Of a stretch of DNA of 64,000 nucleotides, positions 1 to 10,646 are shown in pieces. The first letter of the stretch is position 1. Each line of letters opens with the position of its first letter. Position numbers and translations under genes: made by a program. Below the pieces are notes generated by a model. The model was not told the origin of the DNA. It saw only the letters and a list, made by a program, of their open reading frames with translations, and did not search any database. Source of the stretch: Limisphaerales bacterium (GTDB lineage: Bacteria > Verrucomicrobiota > Verrucomicrobiia > Limisphaerales > JAJOIW01). The stretch covers positions 192,001-256,000 of the forward strand of contig CBFHOE010000002.1 in NCBI GenBank assembly GCA_965657355.1. The letters are read 5' to 3'.

Positions 1-2
1 AT

Positions 3-488
3 AGCGCATTCCAAACCGATAAAAACACACCAAATACTTACATGAGAAGTGTTGACGAAAATGTTCAGCTTCTTGCTGAATTCCCTGGTGGGTTCAACCT
101 CTTTCTCACCAGTGGCACTGTAAACGAACAAGGGATCACCGAAATGATCCGCGGTCATTTTGGATCAATGTATCTCGGAAATGGTAAAGTCGACTTCAGA
201 CCTGAAAGACCATTCGCTGATGAATTCGACCCAGAAACACACAACGGTTTACAACCTGGAGAAAGTATCTCATCCCATGAGAAAAACCTATTTGACGCCA
301 TACGCAGTGGCAACCAACCAAGTGCAAACATTGATCTTGCAGTTAAGGTACAAACCGTTGTCTCACTTGCAGAAATGTCAGACAGGCTGAACATTATGTG
401 CCTATTCGACGAAAAAACACGCAAAGTGACCACAGGCGATGGTCGCGAAGTCGAACCAATCACATACGGTTCTGTGGAACTTTCATAA
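3..488 (+). CDS. Gfo/Idh/MocA-family oxidoreductase, C-terminal part (5' end outside window)
   Basis: Frame is open from nt 3. The C-terminal pattern IRGHFGSM...HEKNLFDAIRSG..PSANIDLA..VQTVVSLAEMS..FDEKTRKV is typical of Gfo/Idh/MocA C-termini. Confidence 0.7.
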   Translation, partial: SAFQTDKNTPNTYMRSVDENVQLLAEFPGGFNLFLTSGTVNEQGITEMIRGHFGSMYLGNGKVDFRPERPFADEFDPETHNGLQPGESISSHEKNLFDAIRSGNQPSANIDLAVKVQTVVSLAEMSDRLNIMCLFDEKTRKVTTGDGREVEPITYGSVELS

Positions 489-513
489 TCACGACTCGAT
501 TTACAATATTCGT

Positions 514-545
514 AAAAGCCTCGCTTTCCAGCGGGGCTTTTTTTT
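514..545 (+). terminator. Rho-independent terminator
   Basis: AAAAGCCTCGCT-TTCC-AGCGGGGCTTTT hairpin followed by a T-run, just after the stop at 488. Confidence 0.8.
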
Positions 546-563
546 GTTTCATTAGTACGAATC

Positions 564-1544
564 ATGGAATCAAAACTGTTTCAGATTGCCAAAGACGGCA
601 TGGCTACAAGATTTGAGTTTGCGTTGCATGGCAAACCAGATTCCTATTTGAGGTCTGCGTCGGAGGAAGCACTTGGTGAAATATCACGCGTTGAAAAAGC
701 ACTAAATTATTATTCTCCTTCCAGTGAAATCTCACAAATTAACAGAGAAGCCACTGATGGTTGGGTGAAGATAAACCCGGAAACATTTCATCTCATTTCT
801 CATTGTATTGAAATTTCGGAGAAAACGAGGGGACTTTTTGATATAGCAGTTTCTCCGCTGATAAAAATGTGGAACAAGGCGAAAGCATCCGATTCCATGC
901 CATCGGATGCTCAAATTGAAAGCCATCTTGAATATTCAAATTCAAAAATTATTGAATTAAATAATAACAACTATTCCATACGATTTCTTCACCCGCATGC
1001 AGAGATTAATCTTGGGTCTATCGGAAAAGGTTTTGCTCTCCAATTAGCTTTCGAAATTCTCCAAGATTTGGAAGTACCGTGCGGTTTGATCCAAGGAGGG
1101 ACAAGTTCGATAATCGCCTGGGGGCAATCCCCGGAAAATAAGCCGTGGAAAATTGCCATTCAAAAGCCATCAACCACAAAAGAGTATTCAAGCTTTCAAC
1201 AGGAAGAATTGATCGATCCAGGGAATGAAAATCAATTTCTTACCATTGAGTCTCTGGACAATATATCATTGTCAGTTTCCTCAATATATGGACGTGGCTT
1301 TACCATTGAAGGGCATTATCTTGGCCATGTTATTGATCCCAAGTCCGGAAGGCCGGCAAACCTTGCTCAATTGTCTTCAATCAAACATAGAAACTGCAGC
1401 CTGTCCGACGCGCTCAGTACTGCGCTGCTCGTCGGGGGGCCGCAAATGATCACAGACATTGAAGAATATTACGAAACAGCTAACGGGATACTCCTGATGG
1501 ACGACGAAACGCCTCATATTTCTTTTCCTACGGGCAGCGAGTGA
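564..1544 (+). CDS. apbE: FAD:protein FMN transferase (ApbE family)
   Basis: MATRF start, SEISQIN, GLFDIAV, INLGSIGKGFA, PWKIAI, GHVIDPKSG and SDALSTAL motifs. Confidence 0.85.
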   Translation: MESKLFQIAKDGMATRFEFALHGKPDSYLRSASEEALGEISRVEKALNYYSPSSEISQINREATDGWVKINPETFHLISHCIEISEKTRGLFDIAVSPLIKMWNKAKASDSMPSDAQIESHLEYSNSKIIELNNNNYSIRFLHPHAEINLGSIGKGFALQLAFEILQDLEVPCGLIQGGTSSIIAWGQSPENKPWKIAIQKPSTTKEYSSFQQEELIDPGNENQFLTIESLDNISLSVSSIYGRGFTIEGHYLGHVIDPKSGRPANLAQLSSIKHRNCSLSDALSTALLVGGPQMITDIEEYYETANGILLMDDETPHISFPTGSE

Positions 1545-1564
1545 AGTATCAGGATAAATAAGAA

Positions 1565-2464
1565 ATGAAAATTACAGTCCTGGGAAGTTTAAATATGGAC
1601 CTCGTGGCAAAGGTGGAAAAATCACCAAGGCCCGGAGAGACAATCCAAGGCAAGGATTTTCAAATTTATTGTGGGGGTAAAGGAGCTAATCAAGCATACG
1701 CTGCTGCAAAATTAGGTGGAGATGTGACCATGCTTGGACAAGTTGGAAAAGATGACTTCGGTGAGAAGCTGATACAGAATCTTTATGAGATTGGGATTAA
1801 TACCAAATTTGTAAGTGTTCATTCCTCAAAAAATACAGGAACAGCCATGATCGAAGTTGATGAGAATGGAGAAAATAGAATTATAGTTATTTCAGGAGCC
1901 AATGATATAGAGGAGTCTTTTGTAGAAAATCATTTGAATCTCATTTCTCAGGCTGACGTGCTCCTTCTTCAACTTGAAACACCAATGAAAGCAGTCAAAA
2001 AATCACTTGATCAAGCCTCAAAAATGAAGACTACGACGATTTTAGATCCAGCGCCGGCGAAACTCATTCCGGATGAGTGGTTTTCTCTCTTAGATTTTAT
2101 AACTCCCAATTTGTCTGAATTATCAACGATGACACAAACCCCACTTAATCAACTAATATCCACAGAAAAAATAAAAGAAGCAGCTCATAACTTGCTGAAC
2201 AAAGGGGTTGGGAATGTCATCGTCAAGATGGGAAATAAGGGAGCTTTGAAAGTTTGCCATGATGATTACTTTCTTTGCAGTGCCGATAAGGTGGATGCGG
2301 TGGATTCCACGGGTGCTGGTGACTGCTTTAATGGAGCATTGGCTTGCGAGCTGTCAAAAGGTAAAACCATAGATGAAGCATTGAAGTTTTCTGTAAAGGC
2401 TGCTTCTCAATCCGTGACTAAACCCGGGGCTCAGCCATCAATGCCTTTTCGCGAAGAACTTTAA
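1565..2464 (+). CDS. rbsK: Ribokinase (PfkB family)
   Basis: GSLNMD, GGKGANQA, LLQLE, PNLSE and DSTGAGDCFNG signatures. Confidence 0.9.
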   Translation: MKITVLGSLNMDLVAKVEKSPRPGETIQGKDFQIYCGGKGANQAYAAAKLGGDVTMLGQVGKDDFGEKLIQNLYEIGINTKFVSVHSSKNTGTAMIEVDENGENRIIVISGANDIEESFVENHLNLISQADVLLLQLETPMKAVKKSLDQASKMKTTTILDPAPAKLIPDEWFSLLDFITPNLSELSTMTQTPLNQLISTEKIKEAAHNLLNKGVGNVIVKMGNKGALKVCHDDYFLCSADKVDAVDSTGAGDCFNGALACELSKGKTIDEALKFSVKAASQSVTKPGAQPSMPFREEL

Positions 2465-2483
2465 CCCCGCTGGCTCAAAACAG

Positions 2484-2510
2484 AAAAATCCCGGGTTGGG
2501 GCCCGGGATT
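2484..2510 (-). terminator. Rho-independent terminator between convergent genes
   Basis: AATCCCGGG/CCCGGGATT stem with a T-run on the minus strand. Confidence 0.7.
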
Positions 2511-2543
2511 CAAATTGCAGGTTCTAAGTGAGCCTACTGGAAA

Positions 2544-4001
2544 CTAGACTTTGTCGATATCCGGGATCTGATACTCGGCGTTGTTAGCGTCTTTGAGCAA
2601 GGCATTTGCTTCATCGGCATGATCCCCAACATGCCTTTCTGTTTTGGGATCAAATGTAAGCCAAGGACCAACGACATAATCCTCTTCACCTTCTTTGATA
2701 CCTACCCCCTTAGACATGACATCATGAAGGCGACCAAAGTGCTCAGCTGCATCTTTGTTGCTTCCGAACTTACCAGCTTCTTTATTAAACTTAGCTGAGG
2801 CGCCAAGGCGATAAGAGTTGTTGATCAAGTGACCAACGACACAGGCGTAGTGAGCGTCATCCACATTGCCATTGGCCATTTCTGGCTTGTTAGCCCTGAT
2901 TGCCCGTATAAAGCTTCCCCAATTTCCTCCAGGAGTCACGTTTCCTGGTGGCAGATCTAGCTTCTCCCCTTTATCGCTCCCTTTAGCGTAATAGAGACCT
3001 CGGATAATTTTACCACCATCTTCGAAGTAGTATTCGTTTTCAACTTGGCGCTGATAACCGTCATAGTTGACATTTCTAACATTAAAGAAAAGCTGCTGTC
3101 CGTTTGGATACTCGGCAATACCGAACATCGTATTGGGAGTTTCGCCTTGATCTTTCCATTGGAACCGACCGCCAATAGCCATGGCTCGCACCGGGTGAGT
3201 CTGGTCCGTGTCCAAAGCCCAGCGAGCCACGTCGAGTTGGTGGGTTCCCTGGTTGTTTAATTCCCCATTACCAGCTGCCCAAAACCAGTGCCAATTGTAA
3301 TGGACATAATTCGCATGGAACTGATGGAGAACAGCCGGACCTTTCCAATGATTCCAATCTAGGTTGGCATGAGGAGGTGATGGCAATTTGTGCCCGATCC
3401 CACCACGTGGCTTACAGGCATAACCGTATGAAATCTTTAGCTTACCAAATTTCCCAGCTTGAATAGCCTCGTGAAGGCCAGCTATTGATTCACTACTGCG
3501 ACGCTGTGTCCCATGCTGAATGACCACACCATATTTCCTTTGGGCTTCAACAGCAACTCGACCTTCGACGACGTCATGACTCATGGGTTTTTCAACATAG
3601 ACGTGTTTGCCAGCCTGGGCTCCCCATATTGTCATTAGTGAATGCCAATGATTCGGTGTTGCAACGGTTATGGCATCGACATTCGGATCCTCAAGAGCAT
3701 AACGAATGTCTGAAATCCCTTTTGCTTTAGACTTTCCACCAAGCTTTTTATCCAAGCTCTTGAGAGAATTAGCCAAAACATTTGGATCCGGATCAACAAG
3801 GTAAGCAATCTCTACATTGGATTGCCCTAAAAACCCACCAATGTGACTACCACCACGGCCATTAACACCTGCTATTGCTAAACGAACACGATCATTAGCA
3901 CCTGCAACTTGCCCTGAGGCATTGGTCTTACATAAAACCATACCAGCAGAAGCCATCGCTGTGTTCGCCAGAAAACTACGACGAGTTAATTGATTTTTCA
4001 T
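2544..4001 (-). CDS. Tat-exported Gfo/Idh/MocA oxidoreductase
   Basis: Probable start is MKNQLTRRSFL at 4001 (twin-arginine signal). Contains GVNGRG, ATPNHWH, KHVYVEKP and NQGTHQLD motifs. Confidence 0.85.
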   Translation of the reverse strand: MKNQLTRRSFLANTAMASAGMVLCKTNASGQVAGANDRVRLAIAGVNGRGGSHIGGFLGQSNVEIAYLVDPDPNVLANSLKSLDKKLGGKSKAKGISDIRYALEDPNVDAITVATPNHWHSLMTIWGAQAGKHVYVEKPMSHDVVEGRVAVEAQRKYGVVIQHGTQRRSSESIAGLHEAIQAGKFGKLKISYGYACKPRGGIGHKLPSPPHANLDWNHWKGPAVLHQFHANYVHYNWHWFWAAGNGELNNQGTHQLDVARWALDTDQTHPVRAMAIGGRFQWKDQGETPNTMFGIAEYPNGQQLFFNVRNVNYDGYQRQVENEYYFEDGGKIIRGLYYAKGSDKGEKLDLPPGNVTPGGNWGSFIRAIRANKPEMANGNVDDAHYACVVGHLINNSYRLGASAKFNKEAGKFGSNKDAAEHFGRLHDVMSKGVGIKEGEEDYVVGPWLTFDPKTERHVGDHADEANALLKDANNAEYQIPDIDKV

Positions 4002-4103
4002 AACTTTTGGAATTATGAAGATACTATCAACACCTATCGTTCTAAGCAAGAGGCTTAGAAATTTTGCGAGCAAACACGGAGATATACTGGATGTCACTCA
4101 GCC

Positions 4104-5267
4104 CTAGGCATGGGACTGAATCAAGTCGCGAAAATCGTCAAATAATGGTGCTGAATCATGTGGACCCGGGCTCGCCTCAGGGTGGTATTGAACACTGAAA
4201 ATTGGCTTTGATCGGTGACGTATTCCCTCAACGGTATTGTCATTCAGATTTGTTTTGTGAACAACCGCTATCTTCCTGATCGTCTCAAAATCAACTGCAA
4301 ACCCATGGTTTTGAGATGTAATCTCCACTTTTCCAGTATCCAAATCTTTGACGGGTTGATTGGCCCCGCGATGCCCAAATTTGAGCTTGAAGGTTTTGGC
4401 TCCCAAGGCTTGCGATAGAATTTGGTGTCCAAGACAAATTCCAAACACAGGAAATCCGTGAGCAACAACCTCTTTCACGCAACTCACTGCGTAATTCAAA
4501 GCAGCCGGGTCACCGGGCCCGTTCGATAAGAAGACGCCCGCTGGGTTATGCGATTTTATCTCTTCCAAAGATGCCGAAGCGGGTAGGACTGTGATTTGAA
4601 AGCCGGATCTCCGGAGCATTCTTAGTATGTTATATTTGATGCCGAAATCCAAAGCCACTATTGGAATATCCGCTGGAGGCAAGGGTAAACGCTTTTCCCT
4701 GGGGTTATCTCTCTCACTGCCCGAAACCAATTTAAACTCCGGACTTAAAGTGTCATCTGGGTCCCACTTAAAAGCGGATTTGTGGGTCACCTCTTTCACG
4801 TAATCTACGCCCAGTAGGCCTTCCCATGAGCGGGCCATTTCGATAGCTTCAGCTTCGGAAATGTCATCGGTGGAGAGAACTCCATTCATAGCACCTCTCA
4901 CGCGTAACTTTCTGGTCAGAGCCCTAGTGTCTACACCCGAAATTCCCGGGATATCATTTTGCTCCAGGTATTCCCCAAGAGCTTGATCAGACCTCCAATT
5001 ACTGACGACTCGCGAAAGCTCTCTAACGACAAAACCATGGACATGGGGTTTATAGGATTCGACATCCTGAGTGTTTACCCCGTAGTTCCCGATGAGTGGG
5101 TAAGTCATGGTGACCAGCTGCGCCTTATATGATGGATCTGTCAGAATTTCTTGATAACCCGTCATCGAAGTGTTGAAACAAACCTCCCCTACGGTTGATT
5201 TGTTGGCTCCAAATGCCGTCCCTTTGAATACGGAACCATCCTCTAAGGCTAATATTGCTCTCTTCAT
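4104..5267 (-). CDS. carA: Carbamoyl-phosphate synthase small subunit
   Basis: GEVCFNTSMTGYQE, LSNGPGDP, GICLGHQ and SVQYHPEASPGPHD motifs. Confidence 0.97.
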   Translation of the reverse strand: MKRAILALEDGSVFKGTAFGANKSTVGEVCFNTSMTGYQEILTDPSYKAQLVTMTYPLIGNYGVNTQDVESYKPHVHGFVVRELSRVVSNWRSDQALGEYLEQNDIPGISGVDTRALTRKLRVRGAMNGVLSTDDISEAEAIEMARSWEGLLGVDYVKEVTHKSAFKWDPDDTLSPEFKLVSGSERDNPREKRLPLPPADIPIVALDFGIKYNILRMLRRSGFQITVLPASASLEEIKSHNPAGVFLSNGPGDPAALNYAVSCVKEVVAHGFPVFGICLGHQILSQALGAKTFKLKFGHRGANQPVKDLDTGKVEITSQNHGFAVDFETIRKIAVVHKTNLNDNTVEGIRHRSKPIFSVQYHPEASPGPHDSAPLFDDFRDLIQSHA

Positions 5268-5432
5268 TGATTCTAAAAGCCGCAGCTTTTAAAAAAGTAT
5301 GGTTAACACATATGCATTTGAAATCAATGCAATATCGAATTTGATACTAAAAACTTTTTCCACCTCGCAATGGAGTATGGAAAAGAGATCCATTATCGAC
5401 CCAAAAACGGTTTGAATCGCAACGATTAGGGA

Positions 5433-6797
5433 TTAAATTTTGTGAACAATTTCTCCCCCCACGATCGTTGCTGTGGGCCGGCCTTTGATTGGCCAATTAT
5501 TGAAGGGGTTATTCCTTGAAAGGCTTGCGCATTCATCGGGATCAAAAACCCATTCCAGATCGGGATCGAAGACAGTGATATCCCCCAGAGACCCCGTCTT
5601 GAGATTTCCCCTATTTTCCCAATTTAGTAATTTTGCGGGACCCGTTGTAAACCGGGAGATGAGATCCATTAATCCCATTTTTCCAGAGTGAACAAGCTGC
5701 ATTAAAGAAATTCCCAATTGATTTTCGAGACCAGTTATACCGAATGGCGCATAGTCAAATTCTACTTCTTTTTCATAGTCACAGTGAGGGGCATGATCTG
5801 ATCCGATTATTTCAAGAGTTCCATCGGCAACAGCATCTAGAATAGCTTCTCGATCCTTGGCACTGCGCAAAGGCGGATTCATTTTGAAATGGGTATCATA
5901 AGAATCCCACGATGGGGCCATTTTCTTAATCTTTTCCCACATGAATAGATCTTTTCCATCTTCCGCCCAGAATTTCTCGCTACCAGCTATGGACGTATCC
6001 GTGAGAGTGAAGTGATGAGGGCAGGCCTCTCCGCTGATCGTCACCCCCCTTTTCTTTGCCTCTTTGATTAATCTCACTGATCCGACGGTACCGAGGTGCT
6101 GGCAGTGAACGTGAGTACCCGTTAATTCTGCGAGAAGTATATTGCGGGCAACAATAAGTTCCTCGCCAGCAGCAGGCCATCCTGCCAAACCAAGCCTCTG
6201 GCTCCAATATCCCTCATGCATCACACCATCCATGACAAGAGAGTAGTCCTGACAATGATCAAATACAGGAATGTTGAATTGCCTGGCATACTCCAGGGCC
6301 CTTCTCATTAAATCGTTGTTTTGGATGCAATGTCCGTCATCCGAAATGGCCACCACGCCAGCTTTATGCAGTGCCCCGATAGGAGCCAACTCTTCTCCCT
6401 TAATCTCAACAGTCAAAGCACCACATATTTCAACTCGAATCGGAGCAACTTCTTTAGCCCTGTCTTGGATTAGTGCAACAGTGCCTGCATTATCTATTCT
6501 AGGGTTTGTATTTGGCATGCAAACCACAGTTGTAAACCCCCCTCTCGCCGCTGCTGAGGCACCAGTCTGGATATTTTCCTTAGTGGTTTGACCCGGCTCT
6601 CTAAAATGAACGTGTATGTCAATCAGCCCAGGGGCTACAACCTTTCCATTGGCTTGAAAGACGGTTTCAGACTCAGATTTTTCAATATCACTCCCAACGC
6701 CAATAATTTTACCATTTTCAATGACTACATCAGTGACTTGATCTAAATTTTGGGATGGATCAATGACCCTGCCTCCTGAAACTCTCAAACGCTCCAT
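5433..6797 (-). CDS. pyrC: Dihydroorotase (type I)
   Basis: DIHVHFREPG, CMPNT, KMNPPLR and SDHAPH motifs; lies upstream of carA. Confidence 0.92.
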   Translation of the reverse strand: MERLRVSGGRVIDPSQNLDQVTDVVIENGKIIGVGSDIEKSESETVFQANGKVVAPGLIDIHVHFREPGQTTKENIQTGASAAARGGFTTVVCMPNTNPRIDNAGTVALIQDRAKEVAPIRVEICGALTVEIKGEELAPIGALHKAGVVAISDDGHCIQNNDLMRRALEYARQFNIPVFDHCQDYSLVMDGVMHEGYWSQRLGLAGWPAAGEELIVARNILLAELTGTHVHCQHLGTVGSVRLIKEAKKRGVTISGEACPHHFTLTDTSIAGSEKFWAEDGKDLFMWEKIKKMAPSWDSYDTHFKMNPPLRSAKDREAILDAVADGTLEIIGSDHAPHCDYEKEVEFDYAPFGITGLENQLGISLMQLVHSGKMGLMDLISRFTTGPAKLLNWENRGNLKTGSLGDITVFDPDLEWVFDPDECASLSRNNPFNNWPIKGRPTATIVGGEIVHKI

Positions 6798-6892
6798 ATC
6801 TGTTAAATCGTATCAAAATTTAGTTGACCAAGCAACGTTCGGCATTATCATTCATAGCCCATCAGGGAATCCTTCCCTGGGGAATATACGCC

Positions 6893-6966
6893 GCGGGTGT
6901 AGCTTAATGGTAAAGCCCCAGCCTTCCAAGCTGGTCATGAGGGTTCGATTCCCTTCACCCGCTCCA
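6893..6966 (+). tRNA. tRNA-Gly(TCC)
   Basis: GCGGGTG acceptor stem pairs with CACCCGC; anticodon loop CTTCCAA; GGTTCGATTCC T-arm; encoded CCA. Confidence 0.97.
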
Positions 6967-7594
6967 TTAATTTTCAGCGAATTACACACTAGTGCTGGAA
7001 ATTAATAGAAACCTCTCCTTTAATCTTGGATTCTCCGAAGAGCGCCTCAAATCATTCGAACTATCTTCGAGCTCTGGTATACCCCCAGTAGTGATACGCT
7101 TCATCTAATCTTTGTCCTGATTACTCAAAAACGTTTTTCCTTGGGCATTTCAATCAGAATTAAAGGTAGCGAGATAGAAAACCAGATAGCCAACTTGTCG
7201 TGGTTGTATTAAGGCGTTGGCGTCAGGCATTGCAGCGACCAGCTTTGAAAAAGATTTAATTTCTGAGGTGGCAAAATATTTCAAAGCATTAATTTGAAAA
7301 TTTAATGGTAATTCTATTCATGAAGCCGACAGAGATGGAACCACTTCAGCGCAAATACTACAATCTGCATTTCCCGTTTTGCACCGATTGACTTGGCGGT
7401 AGGGGTGAGTCGTTCGATATGTAGCAATTTTTTTAATGTCGAACGTCACCCTAAACCAAATGTTCATGAAGTTCAGGGGAGAGCTTAATTTCAATAATAT
7501 TGGTTCTTGTTTTGGCTACGCGATAAATGAGTGAGCTGAATTAATTTTGACCTCGCCATTGTGTTAGGGTCTCTCGATAATAAACCTCGTGGAG

Positions 7595-7875
7595 ATGTTT
7601 ATAAAAAAGCATCTTATATTTCTCAATTTTATCTGTTGCTTTCATACTTTTGGGGACCAGGCAGGTCGTCGCTTTGCAGAGAATGAACTTCACGCTCTTC
7701 CTTTGATCGAGATCACGGTTGGACTTGAGAATGCAGAAATTGTCGGCTCTGATAATCGGGCACTGCAAGCTTCAGCAGACTATACTGGCAACCTTGGAGT
7801 CGGAGCTGTAAAATAGATCCCGGAGAATCTCTCGTGCGAGATTCCTTGCATTTGTGCGGTCCTGTTACGATTCGA
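7595..7875 (+). pseudogene. Frameshifted, truncated N-terminus of a parallel beta-helix (pectate-lyase-3-like) protein
   Basis: Signal-like start, then GSDNRALQASADYTGNLGVGAVK. Adding one A to the run at 7810-7813 continues the frame as IDPGESLVRDSLHLCGPVTIR, matching the DxxALQxAxD..GGxVxIxPGxY..L.L..VT motif. Confidence 0.6.
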
Positions 7876-7889
7876 CACGCCGTCCAAGC

Positions 7890-9215
7890 TCACTTCTTAT
7901 TGGGGTCGGTGTTATTCAAAAACTCCTCTATGTTCGTATAACCATCGCCATCAGCATCCGATGCGCTAGTCCAAGATAGATCGTTTTTTGGATTGAACCT
8001 CCGTTCCCAAGTATCTGTCATGCCGTCTGCATCCGAATCAGTCGGCGCAGGCGCTGAATTGAGGACCGGCCAACCACCGACTTTGGATTGGCTGGAAATA
8101 ATTCCATCCCCAAATGTGGTTCGGCCGGTGCGGACCTCACGAATGATTCGTTTATCATGAGAATCCCTCTTAGGGAGTAGAGCTCCGGCTTGGTCCAACA
8201 CCTTCTCATAAGCAAGCTCCGGAGTATCTGTAAGAACGGGGGCAAATTCGACGGGACGGTCCACCAAAACCGAGGCCACTGTTCGCTTACGATCATCAAT
8301 AGTAATCAAGTCGTCCCCTTTGTTGATGCCCAAATGCGTCTCCAGCAAGTTTCCATTAACGTGCCACTTACCAAAACTTCCCGTGTCTAGGCACTGCATT
8401 TTAACAACACTCAGAAGCTCTCGGGACGCAGGTCCTGCCTTGTAGTAGTTGTTCACTACGTTTATGCTCTCAGGGCGGCCGTCAAGCCGACGCTTTTGCC
8501 AGTTGAAAATCACATTATTTCTAAAATCCAAATTAATAGTTGGGGCGCTAGTCTCTCCTGCAATGCTTGGATTTCGGCCCGCATTGTTCACGAATAGATT
8601 GTGATGGTATGAAGAGTTTGTCCCCCCCAATGATGCAGCAAAGCCATGACCATTGCGCAGCGGCGAATTATGAAGCGACTCAGAGATGAGGCACCATTGA
8701 ATGGTGATGTTCTTAGACCCATGGTAAGTATTGACCCCTTCATCTAAAGTCCAGCTCACTGAACAATGATCCACCATAACGTTCTCCGCGTTTGAGACAT
8801 CAATCCCGTCCATGAGTTTTCCTGCCTCATCTCCTAGCCGAACACGAAGAAATCGAACTACAGCATCATCCGCTGAAATATTTAGCGGAAAATTCCTGAG
8901 GCAAATACCATCGCCAGGGGCTGATTGTCCCGCAATGGTGATGCGAGGATTTAAAATGCGTAGCGTTGATTGCAACTTGATAGTCCCAGACACTTTAAAA
9001 ACAACGATTCTGGGACCTTCCGCTTCAACAGCTACTCGCAAGCTTCCCGGTCCACTGTCATTGAGATTAGTCACAAATTTTACTTCCCCACCGCGTCCCC
9101 CTTGTGAGAAACGACCAAAACCCTCAGCTCCAGGAAACGCCAATTGTGCTCCACAAATATTCGGAGTTGGAAAAGCGAAAAACAATAAAAGGCCAATTGC
9201 TAATAATCGAGACAT
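7890..9215 (-). CDS. Secreted pectate-lyase-like protein (PL1-like)
   Basis: Signal peptide; AFPGAEGFG, VTNLNDSGPGSLR, TIAGQSAPGDG, VDHCSVSW.LDE and RNP motifs; C-terminal DxDxDG repeats. Confidence 0.85.
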   Translation of the reverse strand: MSRLLAIGLLLFFAFPTPNICGAQLAFPGAEGFGRFSQGGRGGEVKFVTNLNDSGPGSLRVAVEAEGPRIVVFKVSGTIKLQSTLRILNPRITIAGQSAPGDGICLRNFPLNISADDAVVRFLRVRLGDEAGKLMDGIDVSNAENVMVDHCSVSWTLDEGVNTYHGSKNITIQWCLISESLHNSPLRNGHGFAASLGGTNSSYHHNLFVNNAGRNPSIAGETSAPTINLDFRNNVIFNWQKRRLDGRPESINVVNNYYKAGPASRELLSVVKMQCLDTGSFGKWHVNGNLLETHLGINKGDDLITIDDRKRTVASVLVDRPVEFAPVLTDTPELAYEKVLDQAGALLPKRDSHDKRIIREVRTGRTTFGDGIISSQSKVGGWPVLNSAPAPTDSDADGMTDTWERRFNPKNDLSWTSASDADGDGYTNIEEFLNNTDPNKK

Positions 9216-9689
9216 GGTAAATTTTACGATTGGAAAGAGTCGTGTTTTTATACTCTAAATAAAGAAGTCACAAATAAAAAATAATTCACGGATGTACTAA
9301 ACCTGTGAGACTCCTTGAAAAAGAATGAGAAAAATGGGAATTGCACTTTCGAAGCCACTCATACATTAGAATTTTGATTGGGCGGTATGGGCCAAGAATT
9401 ATTATATTTTGGATAGCTAGAAATATTGAGCTGGAATCCGTATCAAAAGGTGGTTAAGGAATCGACAAATTTCGAATTGCCAATATGGTGACCTGGTCTG
9501 ACATACCAAAATACAACCAAGTCACTAGACAAATTCATGTTTCCTCGGATAGGGTTAGAGAATCGACACCTTCTGCACAGCCAGAACGAAAGTTGCAGAA
9601 AAACGAAGACAGCAAACATACCATTACAATAATAACGGAATCACCGATCTTAATTTAAAAAACACTTTGAATACGGCATCATCTCTCTT

Positions 9690-10646
9690 ATGAAAAATAA
9701 TCTAAACATCATTTCCAGCGACCTAATAAAAAAATTATTCCACAGGAGTATTCTTGCCCTCTGTTCTATCCTCGCTTTGAGTTCCGCTCAAAATAACGCA
9801 AAAGCACAACAGAAAAATTCTATACCAGCGATAACTTACGAAAATATATCCTATGGAGACCATCCCAATCAGGTTATCGATTTTCGAAGAGCTGATGTGG
9901 ATAACCCAGCGCCCTTAGTTGTTTTTATTCACGGAGGAGGCTTCACAGGAGGTTCACACGACAAAATTGATAACAAAGCTGTTCAACAATACCTCGATGC
10001 TGGCATTCACCATGCATCAGTAGAGTATCGCTTTCTTAAGCATGCCGACTTTCCAGCTGCTCATGAAGATTGTGTGCGGGCATTACAATTCATTCGCTCA
10101 AAATCTAAAGATTGGGGTATTGATAAAAATCGTATCGCTGGATACGGGGGATCTGCCGGGGCACAACTCGTTGCCTACTTGGCATGGGGAAATGATTTTG
10201 CCGACCCTAAAAGTGAAGATCCAATCTCGAGAGAATCATCGCGCCTAAAAGCCGTTGCTATGTGGGGAGGACAATCAACCCTTGACTTGGATTGGTGGGC
10301 CCAAAACATCCCTGGTTATAAAAGAGAATTCCACAACAAAAAAGAAAACGCGCGAAAAGATTTATCCCTGATTGAGAGGCGGGCACTTCTCAATGAGATA
10401 TCTGTCATTAACCACATTACTGCGGATGACCCACCTACTTTTATGAGCTACGGCATGAACCCGAATGACCCAATTCCAAGCAACTGGAAACGCGCTCGCG
10501 GTTGGGCTATTCATCACGTCAATTTTGGAATAGCAATGGAGGAAAAACTAAAACAAAATGGAGTTACTGTTTACCTTAATTATCCAAAATCCCCTAAAAA
10601 ATTTAAAGATCAAACCTCATTTCTCATTCATCACTTAAAAAAATAA
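9690..10646 (+). CDS. Secreted alpha/beta hydrolase (HSL-like esterase)
   Basis: HGGGF oxyanion motif, GGSAG nucleophile elbow and signal peptide. Confidence 0.85.
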   Translation: MKNNLNIISSDLIKKLFHRSILALCSILALSSAQNNAKAQQKNSIPAITYENISYGDHPNQVIDFRRADVDNPAPLVVFIHGGGFTGGSHDKIDNKAVQQYLDAGIHHASVEYRFLKHADFPAAHEDCVRALQFIRSKSKDWGIDKNRIAGYGGSAGAQLVAYLAWGNDFADPKSEDPISRESSRLKAVAMWGGQSTLDLDWWAQNIPGYKREFHNKKENARKDLSLIERRALLNEISVINHITADDPPTFMSYGMNPNDPIPSNWKRARGWAIHHVNFGIAMEEKLKQNGVTVYLNYPKSPKKFKDQTSFLIHHLKK

